DNA of 63,137 nucleotides, filler included, from Octopus bimaculoides (taxonomy: Eukaryota), in assembly GCF_001194135.2 (NCBI RefSeq). It is 5 parts of 4 records of this genome, joined end to end, with 100 filler letters (N's around TTAATTAATTAA, not from the genome) between each part and the next. Parts side by side here need not be neighbours in the genome. Positions count along the whole stretch, not along the records: positions 1 to 7,311 come from NC_068981.1; positions 7,412 to 33,734 come from NC_069000.1; 3 more parts are not named here. One strand, written 5' to 3'. Within the stretch, counting starts at the first letter, position 1. Each line of letters begins with the position of its first letter. Shown here one piece after another: positions 1-10,884 of the stretch. The position numbers and the translations under genes are program-made. The notes beneath the pieces were generated by a model, which saw only the letters and a list, made by a program, of their open reading frames with translations, ran no database searches and had not been told where the DNA came from.

Positions 1-60
1 CTCATTTCTAAGGTATTTTTTGATGTTGTTTTTATTATTATTATTATTAAGGTCATGCCT
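1..60 (-). mobile_element. Inverted 5'-truncated copy of the same element (runs off the window's left edge)
   Basis: Reverse complement of 1-60 (aggcatgacc-ttaataat...-aacatcaaaaaataccttagaaatgag) matches 125-194. Confidence 0.75.
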
Positions 61-62
61 AC

Positions 63-135
63 GGGCATATAGCATAGTGGTTAAGAGCGCGGGCTACTAA
101 CCCCAAGATTCCGAGTTCGATTCCAGGCAGTGACC

Positions 136-171
<36 letters not shown>

Positions 172-360
172 TCAAAAAATACCTTAGGAATAAGAACCCA
201 GGTTCAAAATTTCCCCAAGACACCTGATGAAGGCTGGAGAGTATATCAGCCGAAACGTGTTAGCAACAAACACAATGAGGACAAATATCCGTCAAATATG
301 AATAATGTAAATAATGTAAATAATGTGCATAATTCCTCAACTCTTAAATATAGAACTGTA
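63..360 (+). mobile_element. tRNA-headed SINE-like element with (TAA)n linker and hammerhead-like 3' region
   Basis: A-box-like TAGCATAGTGG and B-box GTTCGATTCC, tRNA-like anticodon arm (gcggg-CTACTAA-cccc) without a pairing acceptor stem, then (TAA)n, CTGATGA...GAAAC motif at 224-256, and an AATGTAAAT-repeat tail. Confidence 0.7.
219..261 (+). ncRNA. Minimal hammerhead ribozyme-like motif (probably a degenerate copy)
   Basis: gacac-CTGATGA-a-ggctg(10 nt)cagcc-GAAAC-gtgtt. Stems I and II pair, but there is no separate GUH triplet between GAAAC and stem I. Confidence 0.45.
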
Positions 361-384
361 TCATTAATCTATAGCTTATAAATT

Positions 385-1100
385 ATGGAGCAACGTGGTT
401 TCTCCAAGAATCCAAGTTTAGCTGTACGGTGATTCAAGCCGGTTGGTATATGCATATCGTTGCTTCAATAATAATGGCTGTAAAGCCTTCAGTATATTTC
501 AGCTCGAAAATCCATAATCATTAGCAGACACCCATTTAGTGCTACTGATTACGGATACAAATGTAAATATTTAATGTGCTTAGGGAAGCAGTTGTTTACG
601 AAGCAACTGTCCATAAATGTTCTCCTTCACTTTGATTTTGAAAGAAATGTTCTCCTCTGTTCGGATATCTGGTCTCTTTATCAGTATATGGTTTTTGTTT
701 TCTTTTCCAAATACTGTATCAGGCCTGATGTGTTTCGATTTTGCGGTAGTTTTGATGGGAATGTTGCTACAATATTCCTTGTAATGGAACAAACGGTTGT
801 ATTCAACATCAAGAATATTTTCTATATTTGTCTAAGGGTAATCTGCAGATGACATTGTATATTGTTTCTGCAACAACGTCTTGCTACATGCAATATCGTG
901 TGGTATAATCGACATTTTCCGTCTTACACGATAGATTTAAGCATCTCGCAGTTTCTCTCCTTCAATAGTTATTTCGTCATTATCTCCTGCTTTTGCATTG
1001 GAAAAGTATAGCATTCACAATGCGAAGTGATGTAACAGTGATCAGACCATGACACTACTCGCTAGTTCTTGGGAAACAGTTTATGCATAACCTTTTGTTG
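385..1100 (-). mobile_element. Old R4/Dong-type (RLE) LINE 3' remnant
   Basis: Minus-strand peptides ITSHCECYTFPMQKQEIMTK, DVVAETIYNVICR and EYCSNIPIKTTAKSKHIRPD parallel the copy at 58205-58990 (ISHFEGYAFAIQEKEISPK, HDVVRTLYNEICR, NVTVKTSIKCKHNKPD). Broken by stops and frameshifts. Confidence 0.65.
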
Positions 1101-1124
1101 CTATGCAGGCATTTCTTAATATTT

Positions 1125-1325
1125 TGTTGTTGTTTAGCCCCAGGTCAATCCTGATTGAGTAGCTCTATGATCAAAGACCTTCAAGATATGAAGATTGCGC
1201 ATTTTTAGAGCATTTAAGAGTACAATATCTCATATTTCCTCTATTTACTTAGAACAATAACGTGTGAATGAAGGGAAATTTACCTACTTTTCCTAGCAAG
1301 TCGAGTGAACTCGCATAGCAGTCGT
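1125..1325. repeat. Old dispersed repeat (related copy at ~61740-61965)
   Basis: Shared motif tatgatcaaagac(c/a)ttc after a GTT-rich start in both copies; highly diverged. Confidence 0.35.
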
Positions 1326-2330
1326 GACCGCTATCTTAATTTCCGTGCACTATTTTTTCACGAATAAGTTCAAATACACCACACAAGTCTTGTACTTAAG
1401 ATTCAGTTAACACAAATTATGCTAAAATATCTTTATCACATGATATGATTTAATATGAAAAATAACTAACATTGCTTAACCTTTTTGATAAATTAGTAGA
1501 GAAGTCTTCAAATATGAGTCAGTCAGTTACAACTCGTTTTTCTTTTCACGAATGAATATATATATATATATATATTCGCATTTGTACATCGTTTCAAAAT
1601 GATGGATATAACTCCGAGTAAAATTTTCTTACTTTAGAAAAATGTTCATAGGGCAATGTTCGTCAGAAATTATATTCTGCAGCATTTGGAACAGAGAGAA
1701 GCATATCAAATTTCATTTCCTACAGTAATTGAAGTCAATCACTTCCATTTATACGCTATTAGACATTTTCACGAATGTTTTTAGTTCATGATGTGAAAAT
1801 GGATTTATGAATGATATGTAATGTTTTTTAGAACATCCACGAAAATTAAAAATTTCTTTCAAATGACTCTTGTAATATAACCTGATTGTCTTTCAATATA
1901 TTTCATAAACTTGCCATTGTCCTCGACACATTGATTATGCTATTTTAAATGTAGAAACTAATTAGAATCTTAATTTTCTTTGTGAGAGCTGAATAGTTTT
2001 ATTTTGAATAAATGCATTGATATCATTTACTAAGCTAGGAAGCAATTTCTTCTTACTACCGAGTTTGAAATTTAGATAACTGGTTACATTAATTAAGATG
2101 CTGTATAAAACAACCAATTATTATCACATAAATCACAGTGCTTTTTTTTTTGTTTCTTTCATTTATTTTAATCCTCTCCTTCAGAATGTCACAACATCTC
2201 GTTTTGGGAGACAAATCTAAATTTAGCATGTCTAACATTTCGCAGTCTTCTTTGAATTCTGGTCAGTTTAACGTTCTTACTTTATTTCACCAACATTAAC
2301 ATACTAAGAGTTCAAAGTTCTCCCCAACAG

Positions 2331-2442
2331 CGACTTTTGGAGTATATTGCAGTGATATTTTAGTAGGGAGCGACCGAAAAAGTTTAAGCGAAGATGTAGC
2401 TTCCTGCCAATCATCGACGGATCCCTCTCATTATAAATATAG
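2331..2442 (+). CDS. Candidate internal exon, product unknown
   Basis: Acceptor ttctccccaacAG, donor AG|GTGAGT, one open frame (TFGVYCSDILVGSDRKSLSEDVASCQSSTDPSHYKY). No recognised homology. Confidence 0.2.
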
Positions 2443-2500
2443 GTGAGTTCACTGAATGTTACTCATATATTTTTCAAGTCCTGCTTCACGTTTTTTCAAA

Positions 2501-3105
2501 TAGAAGGAGGTACCCAAAAGAAACCGGAACTTTGCCATATTATTTTATTCACTTAGTTTTATATGTTTACACTTTTATCGCCTTCAAAGTATTCTCCATT
2601 TAAAGCAATGCATCGGCCCAGACGCATTTCCCACTGTTCGAAGCAGTCCTGGAACTCTTGCGAAGTAATGCCTTTTAACGCCTTCGTCATTTATTCTTCA
2701 TCTCTTCCATATCTAGAAATTCCGTAGCACCAGCTTTCATCACCAGTGATGATCTTCGGAAAAAGGTCCAGATCAGCTTCCATCTGTTCTTTCAGTTCAC
2801 GACACGCATTCAATTGTGACTGCTTTTGATTTTCCGTGAGCAGCTCTTTTCATTCGCAATTCTTTCTCTCAAAATTCGTTAGCAGCAGCCCCAGGACACA
2901 CCGGTCATATCAACAAGTTCGTCAATTGTTCGGTGATGTTCCTCCAAGATCAATTCATGAATTTTCATGATATTTTCATTCGTTCGTGAGGTCAACGGTC
3001 GCTCTGAACGAGGTTGGTCTTAAAGTGACAAGTGACCGTTCGTAAAGTGTGAAAATCATTTGTAAACTTGTGTTTTGCCCATGGTAGTGTCCTTGTAAGT
3101 TGTTC
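2501..3105 (-). mobile_element. Internally deleted mariner transposon
   Basis: TA-flanked TIR-like end (tagaaggaggtacccaaaagaaaccggaact). Minus peptides DQPRSERPLTSRTNENIMKIHELILEEHHRTIDELVDMTGVS (HTH region) and QEFQDCFEQWEMRLGRCIALNGEYFEGDK (C-terminus); catalytic core missing. Confidence 0.85.
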
Positions 3106-3880
3106 GAAGTATGACGCTGTCTGGAGGCATCGACTTGCCCCTCTAGGTGCCGAGTTGCAACCCGATTAATCTTTGCTCCTGCCACCGTCTCGTAAATCTC
3201 AATGGCTTCGCCTACCCTCTGTAGGTGTTCCATTTTGGTCACGATGATGGTGATGTCATCCACATAGTTTCGGTGAACCGGAAGCCTGGTGCTATCGAAG
3301 ATCTAAATTGGGTACATGGCGTTCGGAATGTCGTAAGGCATTCCTGCTATTCCATCGCTCGGGAAATGCCAGCGGCGGTGGTTCAACCGCATTTTTCTAT
3401 AGTGGTTTGGTAGAGGCTAAATGTGACGATACCTCGGGGGCGACCCTAGGTCCCGAGGATAATCAACTAGATAGTTTGTTTCAACGTACATTCGGGCCGA
3501 AGGTACTGGATAATTTCCAAAAGTCTTTGGCAATGTTACTAATGTCACAAAACATGGTCGGGGCGACACACCGATCTGTCTAAGATGCGGACAGGAAAGG
3601 GAAACCGTCCTGCACGCTATTGTCGGAAGTGTGGGCTTAAGCGGAACATCTTTTGTCTGGTACAGGAAGAGTACAGCTATCGACTGAGTCAATTTTAAAA
3701 ACTGACCCACCTGATTTCCTGACGAAAGAAGGTAAGAATTGTTTTCTCATAGTAGTTGCAATCACGAAAGAGGCAATATGGAAGACGAGAATGAAAGGAG
3801 TAATGACAGATAGCTACATCTCTGGCCTCGTCTACGAAGATATTTCACTTTTCATTTGAAAAGGAAAGTAAGGATGGAAA
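3106..3880 (-). mobile_element. L1/Tx1-clade LINE reverse-transcriptase remnant
   Basis: YMDDITIIV...IEIYETVAGAKIN resembles Tx1 RT domains 5-6 (YADD...Y..ASGAKIN); disrupted frames upstream. Confidence 0.7.
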
Positions 3881-4147
3881 GAAGATGCCTGTCAGAGAAA
3901 ATGATTAATGATAGATGGAAGTATGTGGTATGAATGTTGTGCATGAGTGTAACCATATGAATATGACAAAGGTCTACCACCGGTATCAGTGGTGGATTCG
4001 GGCTCGTGGGGTCAGGAGCTTAACCATCACTCCATCAGTTTTGTCTTTTGTTGTGTTTATCATTCGTATTTATATTTTGTATTGAATTTTTAATATCACC
4101 TTAATATTATACCATTTTTTTAAATCTGACCTCAAAATCAGATTGTG

Positions 4148-4388
4148 TTGTCCCCTCTATGTTGGCCCCTAGTGGACAATAAAAAATCAAGAAACGTTAG
4201 CACACCGGGCGAAATGCTTAGCGGCATTTCGTCTGTCTTTACGTTCTGAGTTCAAATTCCACCGTGATCGACTTTGCTTTTCCTTCTTTCAGAGTTAATA
4301 AAATAAGTAACAGCTGAACACTGGGATTGATCTAACTGACTTTACCCTCCCCCGAACTTACTGGCCCTTGTGCTAAAATTTGAAACAA
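4148..4388 (+). mobile_element. SINE family A (headless copy fused to a preceding 3' tail)
   Basis: gaaacgttagcac..gggcgaaatgcttagcgg..ttctgagttcaaattcc..gactttgc; the same body recurs >15 times in the window. Confidence 0.85.
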
Positions 4389-4415
4389 ATAGGCACAGTC
4401 AATGCTGTGTGGATA

Positions 4416-4785
4416 GGCGCAGGCTTGGCTGTTTTGTAAAGAGCTTGCTTCCCAACCACATAGTTCGGGGTTCAGTCCCACTGCATGGCACCTTGGGCAA
4501 GTACTTTCTACTATAGCCTCGGGCTGATCAAAGCCTTGTGAGTGGATTTGGTAGACGGAAACTGAAGGAAGCGCGTATTTGTATTTATTCCACCAGCAAC
4601 GCTTGACAACCGATGTTGGTGTATGTATGTCCCCCGTAATTTAGCGGTTCGGAAAAAGAGACCGATAGAATAAGTACCAGGTTTACAAAGAATAAGTCCT
4701 ACGATCGATTCCTTCGATTAAAAGGCGGTGCTCCAGCATGGCCACAGTCAATATGACCGAAACAAGTGAAAGAATAAAAGAATAA
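4416..4785 (+). mobile_element. SINE family B, near full length
   Basis: tRNA-like head ggcgcagg..ggttcagtcccactg, central ccttgggcaag..gtgagtggatttggtagacggaaactga, tail gaaacaagtgaaagaataaaagaataa. Confidence 0.85.
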
Positions 4786-6307
4786 ATATTTTACCACCTA
4801 GATATGCTGGGACAGAAGGTCAAACAATTTTACAATGGGGCAAAATTATCCGTGCTTTGAACCAGCGCTGAATGATGCTTCTTTCATTACAAATGATGCT
4901 TCTTTCATCACCAAACTGTCGCATCTTTCACTGAACATATATTTTTTCTTTTCTTTTCTCTTTTTCTTATTCACGTATTCTTTACACAACTGAAACCGAA
5001 GCACTGGCTTCAGTTTTCCTTCTATTTTCATCTGTGTTATGACGTGTCCATTAAGGACTTTTATTACGCGAGAAACTTATTCACAAACACTGCACATTTG
5101 TTTCCTTCAAAGATTCGCTATTATTAAGAATTCATTTGTCTAATTTTCATTGAATTCAAAATTATTATTTCTCTCTGCTTTTCTTTTACTTGATTAATTA
5201 TTTATTCCTTTATTCATTTATTATCTTTTTGCATTGTGATGGTTAAAGCGAAAACAAGGCTATATTTTCGAAAAAAGAATAAACCTACAAATGCAAACCC
5301 ACAAAGCAAAGCACTGTAGCGTAGGTTTGTCAACCGTAAATTGAGGAGCAAAAATCTGCTACTGACCGGCGTTGACTTCCATCCAGGAATCAATAAACTA
5401 TCAAATATCTATTGAACAATAATAGAATTCTATGCAATGTACGAATTACAATAATCCGATGCACCACTTTTGCAGCAAGTGCAATAGGTTAGCTATCACT
5501 GCTGTAGAAGCTTCTACATCTGTTCGGTATGCAGAATGTTTATTATCTAGGATTACGTCCCATGTAAATTTGTTCATAAAGTTTGCTATCACATGAAATA
5601 TCGAACCCATAAGAAGTTTTCTTCACCTTTGCGTATATGTTCAAGGAATTTGATTTTGCTACCGATTTACTATTTTGAGACGCAACATGACATTCAAAAG
5701 CTGTCTTTTTACTCATATGAATACTCTTCCAAAGACTTTACTCCCGAGAAAAAAGCTAACCATATTTCTAGGAAACCAGGGTTTATTAACAATGAGCAAA
5801 TTTCTTCTATAGTCAAATCACGTATCCTCAATGTTGTTACTAGTACTAATACTGAAATAAATTGCAGAATATTTTCTTGTTACAGGAAAGCTCTGACGGT
5901 GACGTTTTTAATGCTCTCGTGTAATATTATTTAAACACTACCTCTGTTCTCATCACCCTCACATAGCTTTTCGCCAATAGTTAAATATTGTAATACTCAG
6001 TATGTGGAACAGGGAAGATAGAGGAACTATAGATTTTTGGTTTAGGAAGTAGTTACCTCATGTTTAACAGTCAAGTATGAAGATTTCTTTTGGCCAAATT
6101 CCATGCAATATCAGCTGTAAATGTTGTAATACTCATCTGGTTCTCAGCATTGTAAATATTATTTCCGGTGTAGATCCTTCAATCAACAAAACATGCCACC
6201 ACCCATATACATATGTGTGTGAGTGTGAATGTATGTTTATATATGTACATATACCCACACATGCATATTTTCGTTTATCTTTCTGTCTATACGTAATGTA
6301 TCTATAA

Positions 6308-6341
<34 letters not shown>

Positions 6342-6382
6342 AACAAAGTTATTTTATTCCACACGAGTAGAAATATAGCAAA

Positions 6383-7266
6383 AAGAAGTTGAAAATGAAC
6401 TGGGATTCATTTAGATTAAAAAAATTTTTTTAAAGAATTATATGCAAGCCGGGGGGCTCGCTCTGAGCACTTTAATTTTTTTATAGTGAATGTACCGGCC
6501 GCCTCAGACACTCGGTGAAGAGCACCCACGGGATAACCAAGCGGGCCAAAATGACCGGGTGGTAGAGTCGCTACCGCAACGTAGATGGCGATACCCGACG
6601 GCACCTCCTTCGTGACTCCCGATCGATCTGCGTGACGGCAGTGAAGCGAATCCGCGACGCCGCGTGAGCGTGAAACCGGACGAGCGAAGACAGAGCAGGA
6701 CGGCCGATGCCGCGGCGATGTGCGCAGAGCAGCGCTGCACGACCATGCACGCACCGGCGAATAGGGGCCGGGAGTGCGAACGGACGACTGAAGTACATGC
6801 GCGCGCCCGCGACAACTCCGTCACTCTGAACTTACTGAGACACGTTTTCGAGACCCGAATTCCTACTACAAGCTTTTCAAACACAACAGTTTTACTACGT
6901 GCTACCGGTGCTGAAATTACCATGGCTGCTGGCACCAGACCTGCCCTCCGGTCGATCCTCGTTAACGGATTTGGAGTGTTTTCATACCGATCGCGGAGAC
7001 TCGACAGAATCCCGCGTCGTTATTTTTCATTACTACCTTCCCGTGTCGGGAGTGGGTAACTTGCACGCCATCTGCCTTCCTTGGATGTAGTAGCCGTTTC
7101 GCATGCTCCCTCTCCGGAATTGAACCCTGATTCCCCGTTATCCGTTTCCACTACGGTCGGCGCTTACCGGGTCATCGACAGTTGATAGGGCGGACTCACG
7201 GCTTGCATACAAGTCCTAAATTTTTTTTAATAAATCTAAACGAATCCCCGTCCATTTGCAACTTCT

Positions 7267-7267
<1 letters not shown>
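6383..7267. mobile_element. Putative non-autonomous TIR element (~69-bp inverted repeats) carrying an 18S rRNA fragment
   Basis: 6383-6451 vs reverse complement of 7199-7267: 31/35 identity in the outer block, 16/19 in the inner block, with a variable A/T tract between. No clear TSD. Confidence 0.6.
6452..7198 (-). pseudogene. 18S rRNA fragment (decayed), spanning the V3 region, h18 and the 5' part of V4/ES6
   Basis: Reverse-complement matches to universal 18S motifs: gtagccgtttc..ctccctctccggaat.gaaccctgattccccgtta; ctgccttccttggatgt; ttacc(at)ggctgctggcaccagac; ctac.agctttt; gagcactttaatttttt. Substitutions at invariant sites. Confidence 0.92.
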
Positions 7268-7311
<44 letters not shown>

Positions 7312-7426
7312 NNNNNNNNNNNNNNNNNNNNNNNNNNNNNNNNNNNNNNNNNNNNTTAATTAATTAANNNNNNNNNNNNNNNNNNNNNNNNNNNNNNNNN
7401 NNNNNNNNNNNATATATATATATATA

Positions 7427-7590
7427 CGACTGGCTTCTTTCAGTTTCCGTCCGCCAAATCCTCTCACAGTGCTTTTGTCGGCCCGAGGCTATAGTAGAAT
7501 ACTATTGCCCAAGATGCCACGTAGTGAGACTGAAGCCGGAACCATGTGGTTGGTAAGCAAATTACTTACCACACAGTCACTCCTGCGCCC
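7427..7590 (-). mobile_element. SINE family B, 5' half
   Basis: Reverse complement of the family B head and centre (ccacacagtcactcctgcgccc). Confidence 0.85.
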
Positions 7591-7826
7591 ATATGTTTCT
7601 CTTCTTGAAGAGAATTATCGAAATTTTCCTTTAAGAAAATACTTGGTTTGCATCTAAGAATCAAATCTTCCATCACTGGTATTTTGAATAATTTGGACAA
7701 CGTTTGCCTATTCATTCCTACTGCTTTGCTTACAAATAGTATTCGCAATGATATACCTGCTCTTGATGAAAAAATAGAACTGGTCTGGTTACATATTATT
7801 GAAGAAGAAGCTTGCAGAATCGTTTT

Positions 7827-8031
7827 GCTGGCAGAATTGTTAGCACGCCCGGCGAAATGCTTAGCGGAATTTCGTCTGCCGCTACGTTCTGAGTTCAAAT
7901 CTCGCCGAGACATTGCCTTTCATCTTTTTGGTGTCGATAAATTAAGTACCAGTGAAATATTGAAGTCGATGTAATGGACGACTATCCCCCTCACCCAAAA
8001 TAGTTGCCCTTGTGACAAAATTTGAAATCGT
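7827..8031 (+). mobile_element. SINE family A
   Basis: gctggcagaattgttagcacgcccggcgaaatgcttagcgg...gtcgataaattaagtacc. Confidence 0.85.
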
Positions 8032-8121
8032 TATTACCATTACAACTACATACATACATACATACATAGAAACATACAAATATACGGACGGACGCACGTA
8101 GTACGTACATACATACATACA

Positions 8122-8155
<34 letters not shown>

Positions 8156-9151
8156 CATACATATTGTAAATGTAAAATATAAGAAACAAAATTTCACACT
8201 GTTAAAACTATTATATCCCAGCTTAGCTCTCCTGCAGATCAGGTAACAGGCTTTAATTCATTTCAAAGAAATTGCTTTACACAGGCAGATTAATTCATTT
8301 ATAGAAAATATGTCAGCAACGCTTTGTACAGAGTCTTGTACTGCATCGAGAAAGAAAGAAAAACAGGAAAGCTACAGTAGTACCACAAACGAACTCCGTA
8401 ACCTTTGATTATCGACAACTAACACATCATATAAAATGCATTTGCTATTGTCTAGGTTGAAGAATAATGCATTTTTGCACACACACAGACACAAAGACAT
8501 ACACTTACACAAATATTCACATACACATATACGTGCACACATATATTTAGAAATATATGTACACATGCTTATTCATAAGTATATATANNNNNNNNNNNNN
8601 NNNNNNNNNNNNNNNNNNNNNNNNNNNNNNNNNNNNNNNNNNNNNNNNNNNNNNNNNNNNNNNNNNNNNNNNNNNNNNNNNNNNNNNNNNNNNNNNNNNN
8701 NNNNNNNNNNNNNNNNNNNNNNNNNNNNNNNNNNNNNNNNNNNNNNNNNNNNNNNNNNNNNNNNNNNNNNNNNNNNNNNNNNNNNNNNNNNNNNNNNNNN
8801 NNNNNNNNNNNNNNNNNNNNNNNNNNNNNNNNNNNNNNNNNNNNNNNNNNNNNNNNNNNNNNNNNNNNNNNNNNNNNNNNNNNNNNNNNNNNNNNNNNNN
8901 NNNNNNNNNNNNNNNNNNNNNNNNNNNNNNNNNNNNNNNNNNNNNNNNNNNNNNNNNNNNNNNNNNNNNNNNNNNNNNNNNNNNNNNNNNNNNNNNNNNN
9001 NNNNNNNNNNNNNNNNNNNNNNNNNNNNNNNNNNNNNNNNNNNNNNNNNNNNNNNNNNNNNNNNNNNNNNNNNNNNNNNNNNNNNNNNNNNNNNNNNNNN
9101 NNNNNNNNNNNNNNNNNNNNNNNNNNNNNNNNNNNNNNNNNNNNNNNNNNN

Positions 9152-9187
<36 letters not shown>

Positions 9188-9657
9188 AGAGAGAGAAAGA
9201 GAGAGAGAGAGGAGAGCGAGTGAAAGAGAGAGAATGAGAAAGAGAGAGAGAAAGAGGCAGAGAAGGAGTGAAGAGGAATATAAAACACATTTAATAACGA
9301 AACGTACAAACCATTTTCTTAAGTTACACATTATTGATTTACATAAGATGCTATTTAGAATTTTTACATTTGTAGTAAAAAAAATATTATTCAGTGCCAT
9401 TTTTCTGAAGGGAAAAAAAATAATCTATTGGTTTTTCTATCAATAATAAATGAATACATGCAGGCATATGCTCAAACATATTTTAACATACAAACGTACA
9501 GATACATGTGTGTGTGTGTCCGTGTCCATTTATGTACAAACATTTCTCTTCCTGTGTGTGAGTGTGGAGTGTCAAATATATGTGTGTATATAAATATATA
9601 CTTATATATATAAATGTATATATATATCTATATTTATGGATGTATATACATATGTAA

Positions 9658-9691
<34 letters not shown>

Positions 9692-9701
9692 NNNNNNNNN
9701 N

Positions 9702-9738
<37 letters not shown>

Positions 9739-9916
9739 TACATATATGTATGTATACATGTATTATGTGTGTATATGTATACAGATATGTAAGTATTTAA
9801 GCATCTATCTAGACGTATGCACATACACATATACATTAAGATATAAATGAGATTGCCCATGTATATGTACATATATATACACACATACACACATATATAT
9901 AGCATGCACATGTACA

Positions 9917-9972
<56 letters not shown>

Positions 9973-10884
9973 TACACACACACGCACACACACANNNNNN
10001 NNNNAATATATGTGAGAGACTGTATGTATAAGTGAATTTATGTGTGTATGTGAGTTAGAAAGATATGTAAAGATACAGAGAGAGAGAGCGAGAGAGAGTG
10101 CACGCGAGCGTGCATGTGCATGCGTGTGTTTCAATATGTGTGCGTGCGTCTGTGGGCGTGTGTGTGTGTGTGTGCGTGTACACATTACGTAATATTTTGA
10201 TTTTATAATCCGTTCTCGGGACAAATAAATGTTAAAATGTTGCTAACAGTATCCGAGGTTCAGGATTGTACATTTACAATAAAAAGAATTACTCTGTACA
10301 GAAGTTCTCTCATTGTGCATTCGAAGACTATCAGATGAATCGTACATTTGTTCGTAAGAACATGAATCAATTGATTTATAACGCTGAGAAAATTATATAC
10401 GCAAGTATATATATATATATATATAAATATATTCATAAATATATAGGGATTGACAGTAACCTGCTTCTCCAACATACTGAGAATTCAGAAATAGCAGTCA
10501 AAGAACTACTGATTTCAAAACTACAAATTATTACTCTAGATTTTTTTNNNNNNNNNNNNNNNNNNNNNNNNNNNNNNNNNNNNNNNNNNNNNNNNNNNNN
10601 NNNNNNNNNNNNNNNNNNNNNNNNNNNNNNNNNNNNNNNNNNNNNNNNNNNNNNNNNNNNNNNNNNNNNNNNNNNNNNNNNNNNNNNNNNNNNNNNNNNN
10701 NNNNNNNNNNNNNNNNNNNNNNNNNNNNNNNNNNNNNNNNNNNNNNNNNNNNNNNNNNNNNNNNNNNNNNNNNNNNNNNNNNNNNNNNNNNNNNNNNNNN
10801 NNNNNNNNNNNNNNNNNNNNNNNNNNNNNNNNNNNNNNNNNNNNNNNNNNNTATATATATATATATATATATATATTGGTAAAT

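Noticed and set aside
63-135. Possible genuine tRNA-Ser(ACT-like) gene
   Set aside because: The acceptor stem does not pair, there is no long variable arm or T-run terminator, and the sequence continues into a repeat body, so it is a SINE head.
4871-4912. 21-bp tandem duplication
   Set aside because: An ordinary slippage duplication with no further structure.
6416-7090. GC-rich ORFs of 112-143 aa
   Set aside because: They overlie the 18S-derived sequence; high GC suppresses stop codons.
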